Source: Phaeosaccion multiseriatum
Lineage: Eukaryota > Protista > Ochrophyta, other classes
Length of the DNA: 64,000 bases
Reading direction: 5' to 3'
Assembly (NCBI GenBank): GCA_965112735.1
Contig: OZ218953.1
Span: 4,526,001-4,590,000, forward strand
The notes under the pieces are model-generated. The model did not search any database, was not told the DNA's origin, and saw nothing but the letters and a program-made list of their open reading frames with translations. Below are positions 26,634 to 41,306 of this stretch, one piece after another. The stretch's first letter is position 1; each line of letters begins with the position of its first letter. The translations under genes were made by a program, and so were the position numbers.

Positions 26634-28878
26634 TCAATCGAGAATTTTGAAGATGCCCTCCACGGGATGTTTGCACAGCGGGCAGTGGCTGAGGTCCCTC
26701 TTGTGACTGGAACTGGAACAATGCGGCGCGCTGCAGAGGCATCGGTGCCCGCACGGAATAATACACATATCGGCCCGGGGCTCTTGGCATATTACACAGA
26801 GGCTCCGTGTCACCGCTTGTTGTGGCCGTCCACCGGCCGCGGCCGCCTCTAATGCTTTCCTCTTTGTGGCGAGAAGGTCCAGTGCGTTGGTGGTGGCGCC
26901 TCGAAGCTGTTGCACGAGCGTCTCCAGTTCGGACATGGTCATGTCTGAGAAGGGTAGGGTTGGGGTAGGGGAAGGTAAGGTAAGGTAAGATAAAGGCAAG
27001 GTAGGGTAAGCACAGAGAGACAAAAGGGCGATAGGGACAAAAAAACATACTTATCTCAAAGGCAACAGCGACAAGCGCATCCAAATTGTGGTACTGGTTT
27101 GTCGAAAAGGGGTACAGCCTCACTCACTCACTCTTATACGCACCCATTCACTCACTCACTCACTCACTCACTCCCTTTCTCACTCATACACCTACACACT
27201 CAATCACTCACTCACCTACGCACTCATTCACTCACCCACCCACTCTCTCACTCACTCACTCACTCACCAACCCACCCTCTCCCTCTCTCCCTCCATCCCT
27301 ACTCACCCTTCCTTCCCCCGTTGCGCCAAGCTTCAAAGTCCCTCACCACGGAAGCTTCGGCCTCTCTGACAAGCCTGATTTCTTCCTCCGCCTTGGCCGC
27401 TCTGTCCACGAGCTGACACCGTATCACGTTCCATGACTTACGCAGCCTCTTCTCCTCCAAGAATCGCTCTCTCATCACTCGCTCCAGCTCCCCCGTTTTC
27501 CTCTCCGACTCCTCGAGCAGCGTTTGCCGTGTCGGTGTCGCTACCGTGTTGCCGCTGCCGCTGCCACTGCCACTACCTCTCTCACCACCGCCGCCCTTCC
27601 TACTCCGACTGCTGCTGCTACTGGTGCTCGCCGCTGCAGGGGCAGAGGAGGAAGCTGCGCCAGGTGTGTGTGCACCACCACCACCACCACCCGTTGAACT
27701 CTTTCTCTTCCTCCGGTCCTCCGACGCTCCCATCCGCTGCTGCTGCTTCCGGACGGGGTGGTCGCGATGTTTCTGCTGCTGATTAGGTTTCTGGGTGCCG
27801 TTCTTTGCCCTCTTGTGAGCAATCACCAGTGTAGCATCGTCCAACTCATCCTCGTCCTCGTCGTCGTCGTCGTCCTCCTCCTCCTCCTCCTCCTCCCCTT
27901 CTTCCTCCTCGTCCATCTCGCTGTGGTGCCAGGCCTTCTCGCCAGACCCTTCGAGCGCTTCCCAGTGCGCCAGGCGTGGATCACCGCAGAGCCAGCAACA
28001 GCTTGACCCCTCCTCCGACCCTGACCCTCCAGCCGTTGGTGCTGCCGTTGCCACCAATGCTGCTGCCTCTGCTGCCCCCATGCCCCTGGTGCTCCCACAA
28101 CTAAGCTCTTGGCCGTCGCCGCTGCTGCAGCCTACGGATGACTCCCCCTGCTGCTGAAGGGCAGGCAAGCCGTGGCCTACCCGTAAGCCACTGAGGGACA
28201 TGAGCGGCAGCCGCATCACCTTCAGCACCGCAGCCGCACCTCCTCCTCCTCCCTCGCCGCCTCCATCCACGCCCGAGTCAGCAGCAGGAGCAGCTGTGCT
28301 CCTTGCGGCCACTGCAACGACGATGTGGCGCTCTCTTGCCCCCCTCGCACCCTGCGGCCAAAACCCGATGCGAGACATGTGTGTCAGGGGCTCCACATGC
28401 CCTGCAAAGGTACACACCCTCTTCAGCGTCAGGCCGGTCCTCATGCTCCTCGCGGGGGGGGGGCGGCTTTGCTCCTCTCCCTCCTCCTCCACCTCCTCCT
28501 CCTCCTCCTCCTCCTCCTCCTCCTCCTTGTTCTCCTCTTGCTGTCGACGTCTCCCTTCTGTTGCACTCGCCTCGCTTGCCTGGCCCTGGCAGATGTGTAA
28601 TGACCCGTCGCTGCAAGTCACCACCGCCGCGGCACGAGAGTCCAAAGCCACAGCAGAGACCTTCGTCACTGTCCTGAGGTGCCGATGATGCCCTCCCCCC
28701 CGTCGTCCTCCTCCTCCCCCCGAGCCTCCCAAGGCACCACCACTGCTGGTAAGAGACTCAAATTCGGCTTCTTCCGCTCCAACTACTCTGTACTTGGAAA
28801 TGTCATCCTCCGGCCAGTGAATCTCCTTTCTCTTAAACGTCTCGCTTCCACCAAACAGCACCACTTTCACCATCAACC

Positions 28879-28966
<88 letters not shown>

Positions 28967-29106
28967 GCTGCTGCTGTTGTCGTCGTTGTCTTGCAGCGTC
29001 ACTGTCGTCCTCTCTACAGCGTTAACCCCGACACGTGTGACCTCTATTCCACGTGCAGTCTCTCCTAAAGACTTTCCACACGCCCCTTCTCTTCTTCTTC
29101 CTCCTC

Positions 29107-29140
<34 letters not shown>

Positions 29141-32100
29141 GTCTGCAGTAGAGGCGGCGCAGACCCATCCAGGCGCTGCCGTCGCGACAACGTCCCCTGC
29201 CCAGTGCATGTCAACAGTATCCTCAAGCTTCTTCGAAAGCGTCGACCTCACCCACGGTTTGCGTAGGTCCCAAAGCCGCATCCGCTGCTCCGCCACCTTG
29301 GTGATTGCAAACTGCCCCTTCAGATGGAGCGAGCCCCAGTTCATCTGTGCCCCCCCTACTGCCTCATTGAACACCTCTGTCCAAGTAGGCTCCTTTACTC
29401 CGGCCTCAAATAGCACGTTCCACACCACAAAGCGCCCGTAGCCGAGGCCGCACAGGATGCGGTAGAGATAGTTTCGGGGGGTAGCCACTTGTCTGTGGCT
29501 GCAACTACTACCACCACCACCACCAACACCACCGCTGCAATCACTACCCAGGCCCCCGTTCCTGCTGCTGCTGCTGCTGCTGCTGCTACCCTGGTCGCCC
29601 GCACCGTTAATGTTGCTACTGCTACTGCTCCTACTGCTGTGGTCGTGCATGACGGCAACTGCTGCCAAGGCCTGCAAGCCTGCCTTCGTGAACTCGTGGG
29701 TGCGCAGCTCCTCTGCAGAGGCGGACCCTCGCCGCTCAATCAGCTCGTGGTAATGATCGAGATCGAAGATCTGCCCCGGACACGGGGAGCAGCGAGCCGT
29801 AGGGCAGCACCAGGGGGGGGTAAGGGTGACAGTGAGCAACGAGGCGAAGCTTGCTTGTGGACGGAAACTGCGGGGACTCCCACCCCACAGGCGCCGTTTC
29901 TATTTGTTCGGTGATGTGAGGTGTTGTTTTTGTAAAGCGCCCTTTTACAGAGAGAAGCAAACCCTCCTCCTCCTCCTCCTCCTCCTCCTCCTCCTACCCC
30001 TCCCATGCGTCCCCACGTGTTCATACCTGCATTCTGCTGACGCTGCCAGAGCCGGACGATGCGAAGGCAAGTCGCCCGTCTGAGGAGATGAGCACTCGGG
30101 TGATTTTGTGCTGTGCACAGAGGAAGAAGGCCAAGAGTGCAGGAGAGGAGCAAAACGGTCAGACAGGGCACAATGGGCATGGGCATACGGAATGCATTGC
30201 ACAAGGAAGGAATCTGCTGGCAGCTGCAGGGGTGTTAGGGGAGGGGAGAGGAGAGGAGGGGTTTGAGGAAGAAAGACAAGAGGACGTTGATTTGGCAAGG
30301 AACAACAACAACGCACCCCGCCGAAGGAATTGCCGTTGGTGAAGGTTCCCAGCAGACATCCTGACGAGATGAGAGAGAGAGAGAAATAAACAGCAAAAAT
30401 CCAGACACAGGGGGGAGGGGAGGGGTGAGAAGAAAAAGCGCTGTGGGGGCAAGTATGCATGCTATGATACGCGGACGACAAACAGCGAAACACTACCGCG
30501 AGAGGCAGAGAAAGACAGATACAAAGGACACAAAAAAACGCCGGCCCCGTGCCCGTGCACGACTGTCTACTCACCCCAGCGGTCCTCCGGTTGCGCATTT
30601 CCTGCGGGGCGGCAGGGACGGACGTGGGCGCACAGTTGTTAGAGGAGGCGGGGCAGGCAGGGTTGATGGGGAGACAAGAAAACACACTCACAGAGAGAGA
30701 GAGAGACATCGGGTATATATAGAGAGAGAAGAGAGAGTTTCCGTGCGCCCACTACGCTACGGAGGGCAGCAGAGGGGCGGGCGCTTAACACACTCACTGA
30801 CACTTACTTACCAGTTGCCGTCATGTCAAAGAGGCGGACCTGACCGTTGCCAAAGCCGCACACAGCGTAGCTCCCGTCAGATGCCACGTCAATGGACGTC
30901 ACTTTCCACTCGGCACTCAGCGCAAAACACATGCTGGGGAGGGGGGTGCCGGCGTCAACAGCAGTGGCGCCTCTCCACCCCGAGCCTGCCGGCCGCTGGA
31001 CGGGCTGGGCGTGAGGCTCGGCGAGCTGCTGAGGGGTGGTGATACTCAGTACTGATTGCTCCGTGCCGCTGCTCCTGCTTCCTGCCCCCTCCTCCGGAAG
31101 ACGAGGAGAAGGAAGCGCAGGAGCAGAAGCAGGAACAGGAGCCACTGGTGAGCTGGTGGCGTGGTCTGTGGACGGCTGTAGTGCCTCTCGCGAAAAGGCC
31201 GGCAATGGCTGTGCTACTGTTCCAGTGGATGGAGAAGGAGAGCAAGATGACGCAGAGAGGGGGGCTGAAGGCGGGCGTCGAGGCTGATGAGATGCCTCCA
31301 TTTGTCCTTGTCCTTGTGAGCGCTGCTGAGGTACTTGTGTCGCCGCCTCTCTCCCTGCCCCGGAAGCTGCCCCTTCTACTGCCCTTAGAGCCAAAGCCCG
31401 TGTCGAGGTATCCTGCCCCTGTAGATAAGCAGCGAGCACACTAGGCGTTGGCACCACCGGGCTGCTTGCGGCGAGACCCCTCCCTCCTCCTCCGCCTCCT
31501 CCTCCTCCTCCTCCGCCTCCTCCTCCTCCTCCAACAGCCGGGGATGCTGCGCTTGGCGGTGGCGTTCTCTTTCTCTTGCACTCCGCCGCTTGTGGGCCGT
31601 CGTCGCCTTTTCTCTTGCCTCCATCTCCTGCCCCTCCTCCACGTTTCTGCGATGAAAAAGTCTCCATGTCGTCCACTGCTGCAGTTCCCACGTCCATTCT
31701 CAATCCTCCTCCTCCTAAAGACGCCGACTCTAGCACTGCCCGTTTAGCTGTCTCCTCCCCAAACCTGACGACTGGGGCGGTGCTTTCAGAAGGAGGAGGA
31801 AGCGGTGGAGATTGAGACGCAGACTTGCTGCTGCTCGCTGACTCCCTCGGCTGCTGCACCTGTCGTGGGGACGCTGGTGGTGCTACTGCTGCTGCGACTC
31901 CTCCTGCATTGGAGGCGGTGATTCTATTGATGTGAGAAAAGTTGCGAAAGCTTTTCCCAGCGTTGCCGAGGAGGTGATTTCGAGCACTTGAGTTGGACAG
32001 GGCGCGGCGGTGGTTGGCACTCGGATGTAGATGGTCCCCCACCAGCAAGGCGTTCTCCTGCCCGTCTCGACTGTCGCTCCCTCCGGCACTCAGACCAAAT

Positions 32101-32621
32101 CCGTCTCGACTGTTGCCCCCTCCTCCGACACTCGCACCGCTGGCGCACGACAGCCCTCCTGGCCAACTGTCGCGACTGGCGCTGCCCACACTGAGGCCGT
32201 CATTGGAGTTCATGTCGGTTGCCCCAAGACCTAAAATCGAGAGAGCTTGCTTGTTCTGAGATGTGAGAGGGCTCCAACTGCCGCCGCTATCGCTGTAAAG
32301 AGTACCACTCCGCGCGCCAGGCTGGGCAGAAGCCGCGGAAGCCCCACGAGGAGCAGGAGGAGCAGCAGGAGCAGCGGCAGTTGCAGCCACCGCCGCCGTT
32401 ACGAGGTTTGCGGCCGTTGGTCGCGAGAAGGAATCAGAAGAAGACGGGGAGGTATGCTGCTGCTCGGGCTGCTGTCGGTGCTGCTGTCTTGCCACCAACC
32501 CCCCCCCTCCCCCGCCTCTTGCACCTCCTCCAGCGCACGCCGCTGCACCTCCACCTCCTCCTACTTCTGATGCAGCAGCAGCAGCTGCTGCGGCAGCCAA
32601 CGACGCGCCCCGCTTCCCCAT
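26634..32621 (-). CDS. Large low-complexity protein with WD40-like beta-propeller segments, coiled coil and C-terminal C3HC4 RING (IAP/MDM2-type); probable E3 ligase
   Basis: VTSIDVASDGSYAVCGFGNGQVRLFDM, ITRVLISSDGRLAF, MRLWDLRK and VVTCSDGSLHI are WD-like. The last exon has CVICQEPRADMCIIPCGHRCLC..C..CPLCKHPV. Small internal exons uncertain. Confidence 0.7.
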
Positions 32622-32937
32622 TTCAATTGATGAAACAATGAAGGGGAAGGCAAAGCTGATTTCCTGTAAAAAAAAAAAACTGTGCTCTGCTTCTTCTACT
32701 ACAGCGGCCCCTGCTGCTCTACTGCTCCCTACGGTAACTACTGCTGCTCCTTCAACTACTGCATCAACCTCTACTGCTGTTTTTCACTCTCTTCTCTTTC
32801 CAAAAGGAAAAGGAAATAAGGGGGTGTTTGAATGGAAGTGGTGGCACTTGGGTATCAAAGAATAATACCCAACCATACGAAGGCCCCCTGGGTCTTATGG
32901 GCTGTGAGCCCAGCAGCAGACAAAGAAAGCAAGGAAG

Positions 32938-33806
32938 ATGGGGAAGAAGAAGAAGAAGGTAGAGGTGGTGATCGCACCCGATATTTGGTGCTTTTACTGC
33001 GATCGCACCTTCGAGCATGAGGATGTGCTCATCAATCACCAGAAGGCGAAGCATTTCAAGTGCTCGATTTGCAACAAGAAGTTGGGCAGCGCGGCGGGGA
33101 TGAAGGTGCACGTGCAGCAGGTGCATGGTGAGGAAGTGGACAAGTGAGTGCTGTAGTGCGTGTTGGCCACAAGTCTTTGTCACAATGATGCTGTGCTTTT
33201 TCTTAAAGGGGGGAGTCTCTGGCCTGGGGGAGAGCGGAATGTGGGTTTGTCTCTGACTGGGAGAGTCAGAGGGGGTTATGGCAAGGCTGCGCTCTCCTCT
33301 CTCCTGTGAAGAGAGCGTTTTTTTCTGTGTTCGTGCAGCTTCCCTCTTCTTCCACTCTGATACCCGTCCTGCTTCCTCCTCCCTCCCTTTTGCCGCGGTA
33401 TTGGCATTGGCACAGAGTTTTGAATGCGAAGGAAGGACGGGACGACATTGACTTAAATATCTATGGAATGGAGGGCATTCCTCCAGAGTTTTTGGCAGAG
33501 CGGGCAGCGAAGCGGGCGCGCACAGAAGGGAACGGCGCAGGGAATGGGACGTTCCAGCCTCCAGTGCCCGAGCAAGTGCAGGCGATAGCTCAGGAGCAAC
33601 AGCAGCAGCAACAGCAGCAGCAACTACTGCTTCACCAGCAGCCGCAGCACGGGGGTCATCATATGCAGGGTATGGGAGGGCCCCCTTTACATGGCCAGCA
33701 TCCACAGCACCATTTACATCAGCAACCCCGCCCACAGTTTGGAATGCCGCCGTATGGGCACGGGCACCCCCCTGGGCAGCACCCGCACCAGCACCCGAAC
33801 CACCAC

Positions 33807-33848
<42 letters not shown>

Positions 33849-34499
33849 TTCCAACCAAGAGGCATACCCGGGCAGCCCCCACCTCGACCCAACTTTCCCC
33901 CCTTCGGTCAGCAGCAGCAGCAGCAGCCTCCGCGCCCCCCCGTGTTCGGGCAGCAACCCCCGCGAGGAATGGGGCAGCCCCCTCCCCAGCCGCCTCGTGG
34001 TATCGGAGCCCCTCCTCCGCGCCCTCCTATGTTCGGCGGTGCTGCAGGGGCTGCGCCGCGCCCTATATTACCCAACTTCCCCCCTGGGGGACCCCGGGGC
34101 ATGAACGGCGCGATGGGGCGTGGCCCTCCCCGACCGCCGACCTTCATGATGCCCCCTCGGGGAGTGGGGGGCATGCCAGGAGCTCCCCCGGGGGCAGGAC
34201 TGACTGCAGCAGCAGGAGTAGCGTTGGCAGCACCGGGAGCCTCGGGCTCGAGTATAGCGCAGGCCATGGCAGCGGCGACTGCTGCCATGAAGGGATCCGC
34301 GGCCGTCGTGTCCAGTGGGCCCGTTATGACTGCGCCCCCCGTCCCTCCTCCGGGGGTCGGGGCAGTAGCGGCAAGCGGTGGCACATCTTCGTCGACGGTT
34401 GCCGCGGCAGCAGCACCCGCACTCGCAGCACCTGCCGCGTTGGAGGAGGAAAGCATGGAGGAGCAGAGAGCCAAGTTGGCCAAGTATAAGGTGGAGTGA
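32938..34499 (+). CDS. ZNF207: BuGZ/ZNF207 (SUF4-like) C2H2 zinc-finger protein
   Basis: [48 protein letters not shown], intron 33144-33415, then [16 protein letters not shown], a Pro/Gln-rich middle and C-terminal [12 protein letters not shown]. Confidence 0.95.
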
Positions 34500-35664
34500 G
34501 TGAGTGAGTGAGTGAGTGAGTGAGAGAGATGGGGGGATGGGCGGGGCCAGTGGGGGACAGGTGAGAGGTTTCAATCTCTGTCCTGAGCAAGTAGTGAGCA
34601 TGTCGGGGGTGAAGAGGAGAGTACGCGCTTTGGGAATATGCGTATGTACTTGAGGTTCCTGCGCTCCTTTCTCCTCTGCACAAGGATGGGGAAGAAGAGG
34701 GACAAGTGCGACGCGAGGTAAAGTGACCACAACCGATCGTGTATGGAGGATGGCGGGTCGGAGGTACATCAATCGTCCAGCAAACTTCTTCTTAGCACTG
34801 CTCTTCTCTTACATAAAAAGGTGCGTTGGTTGGCAAGAACAAAGCCCTGCACTCTTATATAAAAGGTTCGTTGGATCGTTGGAAAAGGTTGAAACACACA
34901 CACATACCTGTCCACTCTTTTTCCGATTTCCCTCTCGCGACAGCCCGCGGTGTACAGATTGCGGTAAAGAGAAACTTGTTGCCCCGGTGCTTTTGCCTCT
35001 CACCCCTGCCCTGAGCCAAGAATTGGCCCTCTCTCCCCTGACTCCTGGCGTGTAAGCATCTCACCAATTCCCTATAATGAAGTGAGTTATCCTTTGGAAG
35101 CAAACTTTTGATTCCTTCCTTAGATCATAAAGCTAATAATAGCAATGGGGACGTTTACTGTCCTCTCTCGCCCACTTGGCCGGCCGGCGAGGGTGCCTAC
35201 ACGTACCACGTCAACAAATGGATCGTTCCGCGGAACAGTTGCCAAAGTTGAAAGACCCATACGTAGAGTTACGTATTTATTTTTTAAGGGGTCCGAGCAG
35301 AAGCATCTATCACATGATCATTTGTCCTTCGCCTCTTCTCCTGTGGCGGAAGAGCTGGAGAGGGGAAGGGTCACGCGCTAGGCAAGGGCTGTGGAGGAAA
35401 AGAAGCCTCCTCGGGAACTGTCTTCTTCGCGGCGAGATAGATATCTCGCGCTCAAACACACAAACGCTGTCTGTCGCGTGTTGGTCCATGAGAGCAGCAG
35501 CAGCAGCAAAGGCACAGCCTTGTAGGAGTTAGATGCTCCGTCTACGGTAGCCGAGCCTCCGCAGCATCCGCTACGCGCAGCCCGGACGTGAACGATAGGC
35601 CTGTCTCAACTCCCTCCCATCGGGAGAAAGCCAGGGAGCGGAAGAGTGGAAAGAGGGAACTAGA

Positions 35665-35736
35665 ATGCTTGCTGACTGGTTCCAGAAGATCTTCCAGCCC
35701 AAGGAGGGAGAAGAGGGACAGCCGCAGCAGCCGCAG

Positions 35737-35777
<41 letters not shown>

Positions 35778-38655
35778 GCAGCAGCAGCAGCAGCAGAGCG
35801 GTGGAGCAGGAGGGGGGGGCTCCGCGGGAGGTGTGACGGCAGTAGCAGCCGCGGCTCATGGTACAGCGCCACTTACGCAGGGACAACTGCAGCAACTACA
35901 TCATCAGCAGCAGCAAAACCTCTACAATGTGCAGCAGCGCGAGCAGCGGGGCTTGCTCGAGCAGCAGCGCCAGCAGCAGCACCAGCACTTCCTCCAGAGC
36001 CAGCAGCAGCACCAGGACGCACAGCACTCTCAACAAGCTCAGCAGCAGCAGCAAGAAGAGCTGCAGCGCCAGCAGCACCTGCATCGGCAAGAGCTGCAGC
36101 AGATGCACGAGGCGCACCATCAGCAGCAGCTTCAGCTGAGCCAACAGCAGCAGCAGCAAGTACAGCAGCGGCAGTACCAGACTAGCCAACCGCGACAGTA
36201 CCAGCAGCAGGAGGAGCGAGCACATGATAGTTTGGGCCACTCCAATAGCAGCGCCTGTCCGCCTCCACCCCCGCACAGTCGGCAAGAGCAGCCGCAGCAG
36301 CAGCAGCAGCAGCAGGGCAAGGGAAGCTTTATGGGCGGCCTCTTCCGCCGCGCCTCGGGTGGAGAAGTCGGAGACCAGCCGAGCGGCTCTCGCACAGAGA
36401 GTATGGCCAGCGTCGACGCACAGCAAGGAGACCGTATGATGGAGTCGGTGGACGCGAGGGACGTCACCTCGGACCTGGGTGGGATGGACAGGGGAGGCAG
36501 GGACGTAGAGGGAGTATACGGGAGTGGCGGGGCAGGCGCAGGCGGAGGCAGCGGCATCGACTCGTCGGGCAGTGGCTCGCTCGGTGGGGCGAGTGTGATG
36601 GGGGGGGCACCCCTTCGATTGGGGGAGGAGGCAGAGCCCATAGATCTACTGGATGGAGACGGCAACCCCAGCCAGGATGAGGGAAAGGTCAAGCCCAAGA
36701 TTGAGGACTTTACTTCCATCCGGGTGCTGGGCAAAGGGTCCTATGGAAAGGTGATAGAGAGAGAGACAGAGAAAGAGAGAGAGGAGGGGGGAATGTAGCG
36801 TAGACGGCTTCCCAAGTTGGGGGTGGCGAACCTCTCGTGGCTGGTTTGATTGGCAAGACGTTGATGGGTATTGTGCTGGATGCCTTATTGTCGCTCTCGC
36901 TTCACTCGTCTGATCCTTTCTACTGCCATGTACTGCCATCTGTGCATGCTGCCATCCTAAAAGGTGATTCTGGTACGCAAGAAGGACACCGACACCCTCT
37001 ACGCCATGAAGATTCTCAAAAAGGGAGATGTGGTACGCAAGCGGCAGATTGAGCGCACCAAGATCGAGAGGAGGGTGCTGGGTTTTGTTGATCACCCCTT
37101 CCTCATGAGGCTGCACTACGCCTTTCAAACGGATGCAAAGGTGCGAGACTGGCGCAGGGACGGAGTATAAGAATATACGGGAAGACGGGGGGGGAGTTGG
37201 GGGTAGGAGAGAGGTCCAGCCGGGCTGGGGGTGGGTGGAGAGAGGGGAGTAGGGCAGCAGGCGCAAAAGAAACGCGTCGGAGTGGAGAGATGATTGCGTC
37301 AGATTTGATTGGGGAGTATAGAGGGCCGGCTGATAGAAGCTCACTCATCTCTCATTTGGTATCTGCTGGGGACCTCTCGCGACCCACCCCACACAGCTCT
37401 ATCTCGTGCTGGACTATTGTCCCGGGGGTGAGCTCTTCTTCCACCTCAGCCGGTACAAGCGCTTCCCTGAAGGGGTGGTGCGCTTCTACAGTGCCGAGAT
37501 GGTGCTCGCCCTCAAGCATTTGCACGACAGAGGCATCATCTACAGGGATATCAAGCCCGAGAACATCCTGCTTGACAAGGATGGACATGTGAAGCTCGGC
37601 GACTTTGGCCTAGCCAAGGACAACATTACGGAGGCCACGGTCGGCGCACAGGTGTGTGTATGTGTGTATGTGTGTGTGTGTGTGTATGGGTCGGTAGACG
37701 GGCCAAGCGGGGTGGGTGAGTGAGTGTGTCGCATTACAGCTGCTTGCTTGCCAGCAGGCAGCTTGCCCCTATCCCTGCCCCTCCTGCTTCTAATGCTGCT
37801 TCTATACCGCTACTGCCTCCCCCTCTCCCCCTGTATGCATACACTACACAAATGGATGGATGGCAGTCTGTGTGCGGTACCCCCGAGTACATGGCACCAG
37901 AGGTCATCACCAAGGCCGGCCACGGACAGTCTGTGGATTGGTGGGGGCTCGGGATGCTTATGTACGAGATGCTCACGGGTCTCCCTCCCTGGTACACCAA
38001 GGATCGCCAGAAGCTGTTCGAGCGCCTTCGCAACGCGCCGCTGGTCATCCCTAAGGGCATCTCCCCCCCGTCCTCGGGCATTATACAGGGCCTCCTGAGG
38101 AGGGATCCCGCCAAGCGACTCGGGGCCTTGGGAGCCACACAGGTGGGTACGTGTGTGTGTGTGTGCGTGGGCGGCGGCTGGTAGAGTCCTCTGCCAGCTG
38201 TTGTGATGTGTGGAAGGGCAGATGGGTGGATAGGTCCAGAAGCTTGGGAAGTCGGGACACTGGCGCTCTTCGCTGCCTGCGCTGCTACTCCGATTCCTCA
38301 TGCGTCCTCTTCCCCAATTGTCCGCCCACCCTCCCCCCCCTCGCTTCCTCTCTCGTGTGCGCATGCCCTCCCATGCCCTCCAACACATTCGCAGGTGATG
38401 AGTCACGACTTCTTCCGTGGCTTGGACTGGAGCGCCTTGCTCGGCCGACGCATTCCAGCGCCCCTCAACCCCTGCCGCAGCCAGCCCAAGGACAGCGAAA
38501 GCACGCACAACTTCGATCCGCAGTTCACTCGGCAGCCGATTGAGTCCTACGCCCAGCCCGGAGCCCCCCAACTCCAAGACTCCCATATGCTTAACTTTGA
38601 GGGTTTCACATACGACGAGCCCAACCTGTTGATGCGGGACATGGGAGAGAGCTGA
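35665..38655 (+). CDS. AGC-family Ser/Thr kinase (S6K/SGK/Akt-like) with polyQ N-terminus
   Basis: Five exons: [74 protein letters not shown] and the hydrophobic motif FEGFTY. Confidence 0.95.
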
Positions 38656-39352
38656 GAGTAGAGATTTGTGTGTACGTATAGGCGTAAGGGCATAGACGAA
38701 GATGATTAGTATGGGGTACGTGTAATGAGCGAGAACCCCCCCCCCCCCAAACAAATCCCCCATTTCGGGGAAGGGATGTAGGTACATAAGTAGTTAGTTG
38801 CGTGTGACTATCACACACAGTAGGTTAATTGAAAGAATAGCATCACAGCAGAGGAAAATGAACTTTATTACAACCGCTCGCGTCGCTCCATCTCACGCCC
38901 CACAAACGCAAGAGACTCGTGCCCATGCAAAAGAGAAAGAGAGAGATGAAAGATGTCGAAGCTCTGAAGACTCGCGGGGAAGGCGGGGGGGGGGGTTCGA
39001 AGCACTGAAGCACGCTGTCGTAAAAAAGCTCTCCACGGCCCCGTTTTGTCTCCGCATTCATAGCATCGGAGTTGTCCTTCCTCGGTTTTCAAGACTTTCC
39101 TTCTTGTGGCTGATGGATGGATACAATGCACCCGGCAGCCTCCTGCTCGCGCTCCCCTGGCGGTCCGTCGGAGCATGCACTCACTCACTCCCTCGCTCCC
39201 TTCATTCACTCCCCGCTGCACTGGCAGTCCCGTGCCGCTCCATCGTTGCCCACCTCTCCACCCCCCTAGCATTGATTGGCATTGGTATGGCCGTTTGGCA
39301 TTTTGCATGGGAGGGAGTGAGTGGGATGGCTAAGGCTCCTCTGTCATCCTCT

Positions 39353-41306
39353 TCAAGACTCCATCTCATTGATGGCCACCAAGTGCGCCTCAATTTCCTC
39401 GTCGCTGAGCTTCCTGAACTTCTTTGCCTCTCCACCCACCACGCCCACCTCCACCTCGTTCCCTCTGAAGTCAGTCACGCTTTGTAAGCACTGTAGGGGG
39501 AGGGAGTGAGCGGCGGTCCAGATCAGAGAGAAGAACGAGAAGACACACGACACCCACACCCACACACACACACACACACACACACAGAGCGAGTGAGAGG
39601 GAGAGAGGGTGTGAGCACGTGAGCTGTATCTCATCCCCTCCACATGAAAGACTTCACACTATGCGACGCAGGATATCGAGTAGGGGGGTCCGGCGCCCCA
39701 GCCGAAATGGAGCACAGAGAGGGTGGGGTGAAGAGGAGCATCAAAGCAGGTGGCAAGATCAAAGACTAAGACTATATCAACACAACACGCCCACTAGCAC
39801 GCAGCGCACACACACAAGCACACACCTGAATTGCGGTTCGCACTGCCTCTGTCTCTGCCAGGCCGGGGATGTCCTCCACCTTCTTCTCCAAGTAGTTAAT
39901 GGCCTCAACCTCCTTGGCGCCCGACGAGCACGCGCGGTATGGTAAGAAATGACCCGCGGGGTCAACTTTGAAGCACTGCGGGCCCTTCTCGTCATCCACC
40001 GCTACCAGAATGGCCACACAGGCCAATGCGCGTAACCCAGCATGCTGAGTGTACACCTTCGGGCCGAGGAGGAGAGGGAGGAGGGGAGGGAGGAATGGAG
40101 AGGCATGACAAGGGGCAATTAGAACAACCTTCTGTCCGAGTACCGCGTCACGAACATACCTCAACACAAGTCATACAGAATGCCGAGTACCGCTGCCTGA
40201 CCGACCGACAGGATGGCTGACTGCCTCATTGACATACCTGTGACAAGTCTGCTAGCCGTTGTGCCAGCACATGCACAGGGCAGTCATAGCCGAATTTGAA
40301 GCGGAAGTCGTGCGCCTCATACCGCATCCGCTGCACCTGCGCCCTCGAGTCCGCTGTAGCAGCAGCGGCAGCCGCAGGGGAGAGTGGGCGAAAGAGGGTA
40401 ACGGCGGCAGAGACAAGGACACGGGGGCGGAGGGAGGAACCAGTCATTAGACTTCTGGCTGTCTCAGCAAGATTGCGAGAGAGAACTAGCTGGTCGACAG
40501 TACCTGGTCTACTTTCATCAAATGGCACACAAAGGATCCTCTACACCAGACCAAACACAAGGCCCGTCGTTAACACGAAGCTTCTCCTTTTCCCCGGTGT
40601 AAGCGCCCAAGAGGGTTTCGAACGCTTCTCTTCTCCTCGATACAAGCCAATGCCCCCCTTCTTTCACCAGCCGGCCGTAACACTCCCCCATCCCTCCTCC
40701 CCACCGCTTTCTCACCAATCATGCCAGTCATGAGCACTCCGATCCTGTCGGTGATGGTGAAGAGGTTGGTCATGGACCCCGGGTCTATCAGCTTATCGGG
40801 AACCTTCTTCTGTGTCACCACTACGCAGCTGTCCTTCCCCCGCACGGCTACTGACGTCAATCCGCTGCTGTTCGCTGCCTTGAAAGCATACTCTGTGGGG
40901 AATCAATCATCCGGTCACGACAGTGCAGTATTCGTCACCAGTGGCAGCGTCACGGCGTACGGAAGGGGCCACAGGGCGAGAGGGAAGGTGAGGACTCCTT
41001 GTGGGGAGGAAGCGCGGAAGAGAGAGAGAAAGAGAGAGAGCGAGACGAAGAGGGAGCGAAGGGCAATGTTCTCCCAAAAATAGTCAACCCCTGCACACCA
41101 CGCCCCCGCCCAGCCCACCGTTCCGGGCACCCCACCTCCTCCCCCCCCCCTCTGATCCCTCACGCAAACTTCTCCTCCTCCTTCTGCTGCAGCTGCTCCT
41201 TCTCCCCTCCCATGTCTCCTTTATCAACTTGCTTACCGATTTGATACAGTCTTCCCTGAGGAGAGAAGATGGTGATGTGGCTGTCATAGTTGGAATCTCT
41301 CGACAT
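39353..41306 (-). CDS. PSMA6: 20S proteasome subunit alpha type-6 (alpha1)
   Basis: Five exons: [82 protein letters not shown]. Confidence 0.97.

Noticed and set aside
38798-39487. 229-aa plus-strand ORF
   Set aside because: Spans convergent 3' UTRs and is antisense to the last PSMA6 exon; no ATG start and no domain.
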